This document shows, piece after piece, positions 45,884-54,886 of a stretch of DNA of 64,000 bases. The notes under the pieces were generated by a model. That model did no database searches, was not told the DNA's origin, and saw nothing but the letters and a program-made list of their open reading frames with translations. Each line of letters begins with the position of its first letter. Position 1 is the first letter of the stretch. Source of the DNA: Ilumatobacter sp. (lineage in GTDB: Bacteria > Actinomycetota > Acidimicrobiia > Acidimicrobiales > Ilumatobacteraceae); the NCBI GenBank assembly GCA_045107155.1, contig JBGCFW010000126.1, forward strand, positions 3,320 through 67,319. The letters run 5' to 3'. A program made the position numbers and the translations under genes.

Positions 45884-46915
45884 TCAGAGCACTCGGCGAA
45901 GATTCTCCGCTGCGGACTCCGGGGTGAGGTCGCGCTGGAGATTCGCGAGGAGTTCGTAGCTGGCTGGGATCTTGGCGACGTCGGCTGACCGCAGCAGCGG
46001 CGGGTGATAGTGCGCGTGAAGTTGAAAGTCGGTGGGCTTCGCACCGTGGTTGCCAGACGGCGCGTTGTGCCAGCCGGAGCAGTACGGAAACGGTGTGTTG
46101 AAGAGCCGGTCGAAGCCGGCGAGCATCGTTTGCAGCACTTCGGCGAGCGCTTCGGAGTCACCGTCGTCGAGCTCCAACAGCGAGCGCATCGGCCGCCGCG
46201 GGAGCACGATCGTCTCGTACGGCCAGTACGCCCAATACGGGATGACCGCGATCCAGTGGTCGTTGATCGCGATCGTCCGCTCGCCCGACGCTGCCTCCCG
46301 CTCGGCGTAGTCCAGGAGCATCGACGACCCGTGGCGTTCGTGATACGACGCTTGCGTCTGGATCTCGCGAACGGCCTCGTTCGGCAGGAAGTTCGACGAC
46401 CAGATCTGACCGTGCGGATGCGGGTTCGACGAACCACTGATGGCACCTCTGGTCTCGAACAGCTGCACCCACTCGTACCGCTGACTCAACTCGGCGAGCT
46501 GCTCGACCCAGAGATCGATGACGACTTCGATCTCGGCGATCGACATCTTTGCCAAGGTGAGGTCGTGCCGCGGCGAGAAGCAGATGACCCGACACTCTCC
46601 ATCGGCGGTGTCGCTCTCGAAGAGTTCGTCGGCCGGGTCGTTCGTCGGTCCGGGAACCCCCGGCAGCAGGGCGGCGAAGTCGTTCTCGAACACGAACGTC
46701 GAGGTGTAGTCGGGGTTGGTCACACCCCCGGCACGAGCGTTGCCTGGACACAGGTAGCAGTCCGGGTCATAGGCGGGTGTCCCGTCGTCGACGCTGTCGT
46801 CCGTTGCACCCTGCCACGGCCGCTTGGTCCGCTGCGGCGACACGACCACCCAATCGCCCGTGAGCGGGTTGCGACGGCGATGAGGGTGCATTGACGGATC
46901 GAACGTTTCGCTCAT
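45884..46915 (-). CDS. galT: Galactose-1-phosphate uridylyltransferase
   Basis: HRRRNPLTGDWV.VSPQR.KRPWQG, CYLCPGN, SNPHPHGQ. Confidence 0.95.
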   Translation of the reverse strand: MSETFDPSMHPHRRRNPLTGDWVVVSPQRTKRPWQGATDDSVDDGTPAYDPDCYLCPGNARAGGVTNPDYTSTFVFENDFAALLPGVPGPTNDPADELFESDTADGECRVICFSPRHDLTLAKMSIAEIEVVIDLWVEQLAELSQRYEWVQLFETRGAISGSSNPHPHGQIWSSNFLPNEAVREIQTQASYHERHGSSMLLDYAEREAASGERTIAINDHWIAVIPYWAYWPYETIVLPRRPMRSLLELDDGDSEALAEVLQTMLAGFDRLFNTPFPYCSGWHNAPSGNHGAKPTDFQLHAHYHPPLLRSADVAKIPASYELLANLQRDLTPESAAENLRRVL

Positions 46916-46938
46916 GCGTGCGACCGTACTTCGCCGGT

Positions 46939-47859
46939 TCAGAGCCGACGGATGTCCGGGTTGCGCTGGCGGGCACCTCGACGCGGAGCTGTGATTCCGG
47001 CGGCGAACAGCAATCGGATGATCCGTTGCCGATGCCCCCGCCACGGCTCCAGATGGGCGAGCATGACCTCGTCTCCGCCATCGTCTGGGTCGAGATGGGT
47101 GGCGTCGCCGGTGAAGGCGTAGTTGACGAGCGTCGGCATTCCGTAGTCACGCAACAGGACCGTGTCTGGGGCACCGTGGCTGGCGATCACGGTCGCCGTT
47201 GCCGTCCACGCCCCGAGACCCGGGAGCGCCGACAGCCGTGTGATCGCATCGGCAACTGGCATGGCCGCAGCTTCTTCCAGCCGATTGGCCCGCCTCGCTG
47301 CGAGCAGGATCGCCTCCGCCCGCCGACGCTCGACGTTGATCCGATGGAGATCGACGTAGCTCAGCGAGGCGATCGCGCTCGGCTCCGGCGGCAAGGTGAG
47401 CTCGTTGGGGCCCGGCGACGGCTCACCCCAGGTCAGACACAACCGCCGGAAGCTCTTCGCCGCCTCCTCGGTCGTCACGCGTTGGCCGAGCAGGACGAGC
47501 ACCAACTCCTGCCAGATCACGCCGCACGCGGCCAGTCGCAACCCCGAGTGTTGGCGCCACAGGTGTTCGACCCTCGCGTTGAGCGACGGGTCGAATCCGT
47601 CGATGTCATCGGTGAGCCCCACCCAGTGCGGTGCGCGATCGACCAACCAGTCGGCCCCGGCGCCCCAGGCTTCGGCGTCGACGGCGCCGTCACGGGCCCA
47701 GCGCAGTTCGAGCTCGCCGGGCCCGTCCGGGGTGAGTACCGCTTTGGCGAAGCGTCCGGGCCCCTTGCGGAAGGTCGGATCTGCGCCATAGATGCCGATC
47801 ACCTGGAGCGTGTTGGCGAGATCGATGTCGCCGACGTGGAGACGTCGGGTCGCGCCCAC
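46939..47859 (-). CDS. DNA-3-methyladenine glycosylase II (AlkA-like, HhH-GPD)
   Basis: LLGQRVT, LPGLGAWTA (HhH), conserved D, PWRGHR; start inferred. Confidence 0.8.
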   Translation of the reverse strand: MGATRRLHVGDIDLANTLQVIGIYGADPTFRKGPGRFAKAVLTPDGPGELELRWARDGAVDAEAWGAGADWLVDRAPHWVGLTDDIDGFDPSLNARVEHLWRQHSGLRLAACGVIWQELVLVLLGQRVTTEEAAKSFRRLCLTWGEPSPGPNELTLPPEPSAIASLSYVDLHRINVERRRAEAILLAARRANRLEEAAAMPVADAITRLSALPGLGAWTATATVIASHGAPDTVLLRDYGMPTLVNYAFTGDATHLDPDDGGDEVMLAHLEPWRGHRQRIIRLLFAAGITAPRRGARQRNPDIRRL

Positions 47860-47861
47860 GC

Positions 47862-48386
47862 TCAGATCGACAGGAGATCGCGCCAGCCTGAGCGGTACGC
47901 GGCTTCGACCTGTGCAGGCGTCGAACGCAACGTCTCGGTCGGGACGTGGTCGACGACGACGCGTGACTCGGCGTAGTGATGCCCGACGTGACGAAGACCC
48001 TCGAACAGCGGAGTCCTGAGCTCCACGAGTTCGGCGTCTGGGGCCTCGTCGAGAAAGCCCCACACGGTGAACGCGATGGTGAGATCGTGAACGACCGGCG
48101 CACGCGAGAACAGCGACGCTCGGCGAAGCGCGACACCGAGGCATCCCCGGATCACGTCCTCGGAGTTCTCGCCGTCGCGAAGATGCAGCCGGTCTCGCAT
48201 CGAGTTGGCGATCTTGATCGCGAAGCCCTGGTCGGGGCCCGGCGCTCCCAGTCGATCACCCTGCGGCTGGAATCCATCGATCTCGCCCGGACGGTCTGGC
48301 GTCCACGACGCCGGCACGTGATCGGGCGACTCGTAGTAGCGCGGAGCGTCGGTCGGCTCGACCGGGGTGAACTTCGGAGCAGCCAT
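47862..48386 (-). CDS. Hypothetical protein
   Basis: MAAPKF...GPDQGFA..IA...RRASLFSRAPVVHDL; tightly packed after cimA. Confidence 0.75.
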   Translation of the reverse strand: MAAPKFTPVEPTDAPRYYESPDHVPASWTPDRPGEIDGFQPQGDRLGAPGPDQGFAIKIANSMRDRLHLRDGENSEDVIRGCLGVALRRASLFSRAPVVHDLTIAFTVWGFLDEAPDAELVELRTPLFEGLRHVGHHYAESRVVVDHVPTETLRSTPAQVEAAYRSGWRDLLSI

Positions 48387-48399
48387 CAACGACAGTCAA

Positions 48400-49956
48400 T
48401 CACAGCAGGCCGAAGACCAGGCTGTCTTCCAGCGCGTTCCACGACGCTTCGATGATGTTCGCGCTGACGCCGATCGTGGTCCAGACCCGCTCACCGTCGG
48501 TCGCGGTGAGCAACACCCGGGTGGTCGCGCCCGTGGCCGTGGCACCGTCGAGGATGCGAACCTTGTAGTCGACGAGATGGATGTCGGCGACGTGAGGGAG
48601 TTCTCGCCCGATCGCCTTTCGAAGTGCGGTGTCGATCGCGTTCACGGGGCCGTTGCCTTCGGCGACGTAGACGTGGCGCTGGTCGCCGACCCACACCTTG
48701 ACCGTCGCCTCTGTACCGAAGTGGGCGCCGTTGTGTTCGTCGGTGATGACTCGGAGCGACTCGACCCGGAAGAACTCGGGCACGCCGCCGGCGATGCGGC
48801 GCATCAACAGTTCGAGCGATGCGTCGGCAGCCTCGAACTGATAGCCCTCGTGCTCGAGTCGCTTGAGCTCGTCGATCACCTCGTTGATCTGGGCGCCGTC
48901 GAGTTCGAGGCCGAGCGCATCCGCCTTGAGCTGGATCGTGGCGCGCCCTGCCATCTCGGACACGACGAAGCGAGTGTCGTTGCCGACATCCTCGGGAGCG
49001 ACGTGCTCGTACGCGTCGCGAGCGCGGGCGATCGCCGACACGTGGAGGCCGGCCTTGTGTGCGAACGCCGACGAGCCCACATAGGGAGCCTGCGGGTTCA
49101 CGGCCCGGTTGAGCGTCTCGGCGACGTGATGACTCACCGGCGTGAGCCGCTCGATCCGGCCTTCCGGCAGGCACTCGTATCCCAGCTTCAGCTGCAGGTT
49201 CGGGATGACGGTCGACAAGTTCGTGTTTCCGGTGCGTTCGCCGAGACCGTTGAGGGTGCCCTGCACATGACCGGCTCCGGCCTGGACCGCTGCGACGGCA
49301 TTGGCGACCGCACAGCCGGTGTCGTCGTGGCAGTGAATGCCGATGACCGCGTCGTCGCGCACGTGTGCGGCGACATCGGACACGATCTGGTGGACTTCGT
49401 GCGGCAACGTGCCGCCGTTGGTGTCACAGAGCACAAGGTGCGTCGCGCCGTTGACCACCGCCGACTCGATCGCCCGGAGCGAGAACTCCGGATTGTCGCG
49501 GTAGCCATCGAAGAAGTGCTCGAGGTCGACCAGCACCTGGCGACCTTCTCCGTGCAGGAAGCGCACGGAGTCTGCGATCATGGCCGCGCCCTCGTCGAGC
49601 GTGGTCTTGAGTGCCTCGGTCACCTGGTACTCGGAGGATTTCGCGACGATGCACACCGCGGCCGTGCCGGCGTCGAGCAGGTTGCGCAGCGTGGTGTCAT
49701 CGTCACTCTTACCGCGTGGCCGACGGGTCGAGCCGAACGCGACGAGCGTGGACGTGGAGAGATGGAGTTCAGATGCGGCGCGAGCGAAGAACTCGATGTC
49801 CTTCGGGTTGGCACCGGGCCATCCGCCCTCGATGAAGTGCACCCCGAGATGGTCGAGTTGTTCGGCGATGCGGAGCTTGTCGTCGACCGTGGCGGTGACA
49901 CCTTCGACCTGCAATCCGTCGCGCAGGGTGGTGTCGAACACTTCGACGAGTCGCAT
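48400..49956 (-). CDS. cimA: Citramalate synthase (LeuA/CimA family)
   Basis: DTTLRDGLQ.EG, EGGWPGANPKD, HCHDD, GERTGN, AHKAGLH, AEGNGPVNA. Confidence 0.9.
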   Translation of the reverse strand: MRLVEVFDTTLRDGLQVEGVTATVDDKLRIAEQLDHLGVHFIEGGWPGANPKDIEFFARAASELHLSTSTLVAFGSTRRPRGKSDDDTTLRNLLDAGTAAVCIVAKSSEYQVTEALKTTLDEGAAMIADSVRFLHGEGRQVLVDLEHFFDGYRDNPEFSLRAIESAVVNGATHLVLCDTNGGTLPHEVHQIVSDVAAHVRDDAVIGIHCHDDTGCAVANAVAAVQAGAGHVQGTLNGLGERTGNTNLSTVIPNLQLKLGYECLPEGRIERLTPVSHHVAETLNRAVNPQAPYVGSSAFAHKAGLHVSAIARARDAYEHVAPEDVGNDTRFVVSEMAGRATIQLKADALGLELDGAQINEVIDELKRLEHEGYQFEAADASLELLMRRIAGGVPEFFRVESLRVITDEHNGAHFGTEATVKVWVGDQRHVYVAEGNGPVNAIDTALRKAIGRELPHVADIHLVDYKVRILDGATATGATTRVLLTATDGERVWTTIGVSANIIEASWNALEDSLVFGLL

Positions 49957-49970
49957 GGGTCCAGTGAATC

Positions 49971-50134
49971 TGTGGACAACCCTGTCGGCAACGTGTGACC
50001 AGAAACACGCGAACAGTGGATGACCAGTGGATGACGGCAGTGTTTCTGGGGATGAACCGAGAAGTTCTGTGGAGAACCCTGTGAGTTCGGAAATACCTCT
50101 TGACCTGGGCTTTTACACCCGTCAAAGTGGAGAT
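49971..50134. promoter_or_regulatory. Cluster of co-oriented DnaA-box-like 9-mers
   Basis: TGTGGACAA 49971 (perfect actinobacterial box), TGTCGGCAA 49983, AGTGGATGA 50015 and 50026, TGGGGATGA 50047, TGTGGAGAA 50068, AGTGGAGAT 50126. Confidence 0.7.
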
Positions 50135-50189
50135 TGTTCCGGAGAGCGCACGCCACACCCGCAACGGTGTGGCATAGCGGAATCGGGAC

Positions 50190-50520
50190 ACGGCACACCA
50201 CATCTGTGAGAGGCCGGATGCGATCGGGGCCGCTTCGGCGGGTCGGAGAGCAGACGTTCTCACGGATCGGCAGGGTCGGAAGCGAGTGAAGCCATCCAGG
50301 TGGCGGATCCCGTGGAAGCTCTGGCGAATCGGCATGGCGCGACCGTCCGGGCAACCGGACCGTCGGGTGGTGACGAAAAGCGACATCGCCCGCCGCGCAG
50401 CCCTCGGGCAGCGAGACGGGCGATGTGAACAGGTCGAGACGCAGGTTAACGCCCGTCGATCGACCGGTGGTGGATGTGCTCGAAGAACGCCCCGGCCTCG
50501 GTCGGGGCGTTCGCCGTTTT
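50190..50520 (+). ncRNA. Putative large structured non-coding RNA of unknown family
   Basis: At least 7 nested helices, cUUCGg and GCAA tetraloops, 5'/3' closing stem, terminator; no credible ORF. Confidence 0.7.
50485..50520 (+). terminator. Intrinsic terminator
   Basis: GAACGCCCCGGC-CTCG-GTCGGGGCGTTC followed by GCCGTTTT. Confidence 0.8.
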
Positions 50521-50541
50521 CCGCTGTCCTAAGGTGCGCTC

Positions 50542-51507
50542 GTGGACGATCTGAACCTGGGCATGTGCTTCCCGCGCGAGCTTCCGCCGTCGTTCGTGCG
50601 AGAGGTCGCCACCCGGCTCGAAGCCGACGGCCTCGATCAGCTCTGGGTCATCGAGGATTGTTTCTTCACCACCGCTCCGTCGCTCGCGGCGACTGCACTC
50701 GCTCTCACGCAGCGCCTCGACGTCGGTATCGGGATCCTCCCCGCAGTCGCGCGCACAGCGGCGATCACGGCGATGGAGCTCGCAACGCTCGAACGCCTCG
50801 CACCCGGGCGCCTGATCGCAGGAATCGGCCACGGAGTTCAACCGTGGATGGAGCAGATGGGGGTGCGGCCCGACTCTCCGGTCACTGCGCTGGACGAGGT
50901 CATGTCCTCGGTGCGGCGCCTCCTCGCCGGCGAACGCCTCGACGTCGACGGGCGATACGTGACACTCCGCGACGTCGCACTCGAACCCGCGCCCGACGCT
51001 CCCCCACCGGTGCTCGCCGGAGTCCGAGGCCCGAGGTCGCTGGAGCTGGCAGGCCGCGTCGCCGACGGCTTGGTGTTGGCCGACTGTGCCGGACCGACTC
51101 ACACGGCGCGATCGATCGAGCAGACGGGTCGCACTGGCGATCGGTCGTTCCGGACCGTGGTGTTCACTGCACTGTGTCTCACCGACGACCGCACCGAGGC
51201 GCACCGGATCATGGCGCCCTACATCGAGTACCAACTGAACGCTGGCTGGCCGGGCATCGACGACCACCCGCACGCGGCCGAGATCCGCGAGCGTCACGCC
51301 GACGGCGGGCTCGATGCGATCGCCACCATGCCCGGCGATTGGTGGATGGAGCTCGGCGCGATCGGCGACCTCGACGACATCGAAGCGCATGCCGGTGCGA
51401 TGCGCGACGGCGGCTGTACGGACCTGGCCTTCTTCCCGGGTCCGACCGTCGACCTGACCCGCGAGGATCTCGACGCCGTCGCGCGGATCGAAGCTGCGTT
51501 CGGCTGA
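50542..51507 (+). CDS. LLM-class (luciferase-like) flavin/F420-dependent oxidoreductase
   Basis: LWVIEDCF, ELATLERLAPGRLIAGIGHG, GPRSLELAGRVADG. Confidence 0.88.
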   Translation: MDDLNLGMCFPRELPPSFVREVATRLEADGLDQLWVIEDCFFTTAPSLAATALALTQRLDVGIGILPAVARTAAITAMELATLERLAPGRLIAGIGHGVQPWMEQMGVRPDSPVTALDEVMSSVRRLLAGERLDVDGRYVTLRDVALEPAPDAPPPVLAGVRGPRSLELAGRVADGLVLADCAGPTHTARSIEQTGRTGDRSFRTVVFTALCLTDDRTEAHRIMAPYIEYQLNAGWPGIDDHPHAAEIRERHADGGLDAIATMPGDWWMELGAIGDLDDIEAHAGAMRDGGCTDLAFFPGPTVDLTREDLDAVARIEAAFG

Positions 51508-51525
51508 GTTCGAACGCGCCCGGGC

Positions 51526-53121
51526 TCAGCTCGACAGGTCGGTCGTGTCGAAGAGCGTGGGCCGATCGATGCGAACGTCGACGCCGAGCGCCTCGGCCAA
51601 CAACCCGCTGCGCTCGCGGGCGGCGTAGATCTCGAGATCCAGGTTGGCATCTCCGTCGCCGATCGGCTCGACATCGACGACGCCGTCGTCGATGAACACT
51701 CTGACCGAACGAACCGAGCCCGAGTGCCGCCGATCGAGGCCGATCGCGATCCGCAACAGCCCGGCGAGGATCTCGACCAGTCGCCGGTCGTCCTTCGCGA
51801 GCGCCGAGAACTCGTCGTGCTTCTCCTTCGGCCAGCTCTTGCGGTGGTAGCGAGCGATCACCGCGATGAGTTCGATCTCGCGCTCGGTGAAGCCGGTGAG
51901 CTGCTCGCTGTTCCGCACCACGTAGTAGCTGTGCTTGTGGTGACTCGAGTGGCTGATGAACAGCCCGACGTTGTGGACGAGCGCCGCGGCATCGAGCAAC
52001 TCGCGGGCGTCGCCACCGAGGCCGTGGAGCCGCTCGGTCCGGTCGAACAACTCGGTGGCGAGCCGTGCCGTGTGCTCGGCGTGGGCCGGGTCCGGGTCGA
52101 GCTGGCGCGCCAACCGCTCCAAGTTCATGCGGCGCAGGTCGCGCAGCGCACGAACCGAGTCGACACCGAAGCGGTCGAACAGCACCCCTTCGCGGAGTGC
52201 GTAGTCGGAAATCGTCATCGCTTCGATGTCGAGCGCTCGGAAGATCTCCTGCAGCAAGATCGCGCCCGCGACGATGATGTCGACGCGCTTCTCGTCGAGC
52301 CCAGGCAGTTTGCGACGCTCGTCGGTGGTCGTGGAGGTGAGCTGTTTGACGATGGCGCCCAGCTCCTCGGCCGTGAAGCTCACACCGTTCAGCTGACGCG
52401 ACTTCTCACCGCGTGCGGCGAGTGCCATCTCGGCGAGGGTCGACGCCGTCCCGGAACTGCCGACGGTCACCTCGGGCTGGTGGCCACCGAGTTCGTGTGC
52501 GACGGGCGCGAGCGCCGATCGGACGTACTTACGGCACTCCTTGACCGCCTGACGCGCCACCGCACCGTCGTTGTCATCGTCGGCCACGCCGGCGAAGAAA
52601 CGCTCGGTGAGGCGGATCGCTCCGAGCTTCATGCTCCGCGCCTCGAGGACTTCGCCCTGACGACCGAGACAGAACTCGGTGCTCCCACCCCCGATGTCGA
52701 CCACGAGCAATCGTTCGTCGAAGACAGGAAGCGCCTGGAGCACTCCGAGATGAATCAGACGCGCCTCTTCGAAGCCGCTGATGACCTCGACCTCGACGCC
52801 CACCTCGTCGCGGGCCCGATCGAGAAAGTCGTGGCGATTCGACGCCTCGCGGACGGCACTCGTCGCGACCGCAGCGATCTCGACGTCACCGAAGCTGCCG
52901 GCGACCTCCTTCAGGCGAGCGAGTGCAGCGATGCTGCGATCGACGGCATCCGGCGCGAGCTCCTTCATCTCACCACCGCCCTGCCCGAGCCGAACCATGT
53001 CCTTCTCGGAGGTCAGCATCTCGAATCCGCCGTGCTCGGCGAGGCGAGCGACCACGAGGTGCATCGAGTTCGTTCCGATGTCGATGGCAGCCGTGAACCC
53101 GGCCGCAGACCCGTTGCCCAT
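51526..53121 (-). CDS. ppx: Ppx/GppA exopolyphosphatase with HD-type C-terminal domain
   Basis: AIDIGTNS, ATSAVREA, DIGGGSTE, ALREG, HHKHSYY. Confidence 0.92.
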   Translation of the reverse strand: MGNGSAAGFTAAIDIGTNSMHLVVARLAEHGGFEMLTSEKDMVRLGQGGGEMKELAPDAVDRSIAALARLKEVAGSFGDVEIAAVATSAVREASNRHDFLDRARDEVGVEVEVISGFEEARLIHLGVLQALPVFDERLLVVDIGGGSTEFCLGRQGEVLEARSMKLGAIRLTERFFAGVADDDNDGAVARQAVKECRKYVRSALAPVAHELGGHQPEVTVGSSGTASTLAEMALAARGEKSRQLNGVSFTAEELGAIVKQLTSTTTDERRKLPGLDEKRVDIIVAGAILLQEIFRALDIEAMTISDYALREGVLFDRFGVDSVRALRDLRRMNLERLARQLDPDPAHAEHTARLATELFDRTERLHGLGGDARELLDAAALVHNVGLFISHSSHHKHSYYVVRNSEQLTGFTEREIELIAVIARYHRKSWPKEKHDEFSALAKDDRRLVEILAGLLRIAIGLDRRHSGSVRSVRVFIDDGVVDVEPIGDGDANLDLEIYAARERSGLLAEALGVDVRIDRPTLFDTTDLSS

Positions 53122-53180
53122 CGATGGTCAGTGTTGCAGGCGCGCCCTCACGTGTGGCCGATCACCGGGCGGTCATGTCG

Positions 53181-54773
53181 TCAGCTCGCGAACTGGTCAC
53201 GCAGGACACGGCGGAGGATCTTGCCCGACGGATTCTTCGGGATCGCATCCACGACGATCACCTCGGCGAGTCGCTTGTAGTCGGTGACCTGCCCGGCGAT
53301 CCACGCAGCGACCTCTTCGGTGTCGAGTTGTTCTCCGTGTGGTACGACGAATGCGACAGGCACCTCACCGGATCGTTCGTCGGGACGACCGATCACCGCT
53401 GCATCCATGACCGCCGGGTGTCCGAGGAGCAACGCTTCGAGCTCGGCCGGAGCGACCTGGAAGCCCTTGACCTTGATCAGCTCCTTGAGTCGATCGGTGA
53501 CGAACAGGAATCCATCGTCGTCGAAGTGGCAGAGGTCGCCGGTGTGGAGCCAGCCGTCGGCATCGACGGTCGCCGCTGAAGCTTCCGGGTTTCGGTGGTA
53601 TTCCGAGAAGACGTTTGGTCCTCGCACCCAGAGCTCGCCGGTCTCGTTCGGGCCGAGCGACGTCCCCGTGTCGGGGTCGATGATCACGGCCTCGCAGTTG
53701 GGAACGAGCTGTCCGGACGAGCCGGGCCGGCTCTCGGCCTCCTCGGTGAACGTGGCGATGGTGCCGGCGCCCGAGGTCTCGGTCATTCCCCACCCCTGAC
53801 CGACCATGCACTCGAACCGATCAGCGAGTCGCACTTCGGTGTCGTGACCGAGCGGGGCTGCGCCGCAGCCGATCACGCGGAGACTCCTCAGGTCGTAGCC
53901 GTCGACCATCGGGTGCTGAACGAGGAAGTTCGCCACCGGCGGGACAAGGATCAGCGCGGAGATCTTCTCCCGCTGCAGCGTCTCGAGGAACGACACGGGC
54001 TCGAACGTCGGGACCGTGATCAACGGGAGCCCAGTGGCCAAGGTGTTGAGCGCGACGATCGAGAAACCCATGATGTGAAACATCGGCAGGAACGCGAGCA
54101 CGCGGTCGTGCTGCTGCAGCGGCATGATCTCGCCGGCCTGGAACAGCTGGGCGACCACGTGGCGGTGCGTCAAGGCCACGCCCTTCGAGCGCCCAGTCGT
54201 TCCCGACGAGTACGGCAACACCGCGAGATCATCCGGTGAGACCGCGACGTCGACCGGTGTCGGCTCGTGGTCGAGCAGCTCCTGAAACGGCGTCCCATCG
54301 TCGTCAGCGCCGCCGTAGATGACGTAGATCTCCTCGATGCCGCACTCCTCTGCGACCGCCTGGACGGCGGGGAGAAACATCACGAACACGATCACTCGCG
54401 TCGCTCCTGAGTCGCGGAGCTGGTGGCTGAGCTCGGCTCCCGAGTAGGTCGGATTCACGAGCGTGGGCACCGCACCCGCGGCCATCGCCCCGAGCACTGC
54501 TGCGGGGAACTCGACACAGTTCGGGCTCATCATGGCGATCACGTCACCCTGCCGCACGCCATCGGCTGCGAGCCCGGCTGCGACACTGCCGATCTGACGA
54601 TCGAGATCGGCGTAGCCGACCGTGTGACCCGAACTGCCATCGATCAATGCCGGAGCGTCGCCAAACGAGCGCGCCCGCTCACGGATCAGTTCGTGCAACG
54701 TCGTTTCGGGGAATTCGAGGCTTGGGTGCGGGCTCTGGAAGTTGATCGTCGGGCTGGTCGATGTCATCGTCAT
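53181..54773 (-). CDS. 4-coumarate-CoA ligase-like AMP-binding enzyme
   Basis: LPYSSGTTGRSKGV.LTH, GWGMTE, GWLHTGD, DRLKELIKVKGFQVAPAELE, PSGKILR. Confidence 0.9.
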   Translation of the reverse strand: MTMTSTSPTINFQSPHPSLEFPETTLHELIRERARSFGDAPALIDGSSGHTVGYADLDRQIGSVAAGLAADGVRQGDVIAMMSPNCVEFPAAVLGAMAAGAVPTLVNPTYSGAELSHQLRDSGATRVIVFVMFLPAVQAVAEECGIEEIYVIYGGADDDGTPFQELLDHEPTPVDVAVSPDDLAVLPYSSGTTGRSKGVALTHRHVVAQLFQAGEIMPLQQHDRVLAFLPMFHIMGFSIVALNTLATGLPLITVPTFEPVSFLETLQREKISALILVPPVANFLVQHPMVDGYDLRSLRVIGCGAAPLGHDTEVRLADRFECMVGQGWGMTETSGAGTIATFTEEAESRPGSSGQLVPNCEAVIIDPDTGTSLGPNETGELWVRGPNVFSEYHRNPEASAATVDADGWLHTGDLCHFDDDGFLFVTDRLKELIKVKGFQVAPAELEALLLGHPAVMDAAVIGRPDERSGEVPVAFVVPHGEQLDTEEVAAWIAGQVTDYKRLAEVIVVDAIPKNPSGKILRRVLRDQFAS

Positions 54774-54822
54774 GGGTCGTTGCCTCTCGTAGCGGGTCGG
54801 ACCGTCAACATCGCGCCGCCCG

Positions 54823-54840
54823 CGTTTCTGTTCCGTTTCT
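54823..54840 (-). promoter_or_regulatory. Heptamer direct repeat; candidate SARP-binding site
   Basis: Minus strand AGAAACG-GAAC-AGAAACG, about 50 nt upstream of the ligase start. Confidence 0.55.
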
Positions 54841-54843
54841 CCT

Positions 54844-54871
54844 CGAAGCGCCGCGGGCGTGATGCGCTTCG
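54844..54871 (-). terminator. Hairpin after the regulator stop codon
   Basis: CGAAGCGC...GCGCTTCG arms. Confidence 0.5.
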
Positions 54872-54886
54872 GGCACGTGTCCGTGC

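Noticed and set aside
49971-50090. Possible CRISPR array or plasmid iterons
   Set aside because: The repeats are 9-11 bp, irregularly spaced and match DnaA boxes; there are no cas or rep genes.
50190-50520. Identification as RNase P, SRP, tmRNA, 6C, Ms1 or a group II intron remnant
   Set aside because: The hallmark sequences I know for these were not seen; a covariance-model search is needed to exclude divergent members.
49957-50541. Leucine/isoleucine attenuator leader for cimA
   Set aside because: No Leu/Ile/Val-rich leader peptide found on the minus strand, and the tetraloops and terminator polarity point to the + strand, away from cimA.
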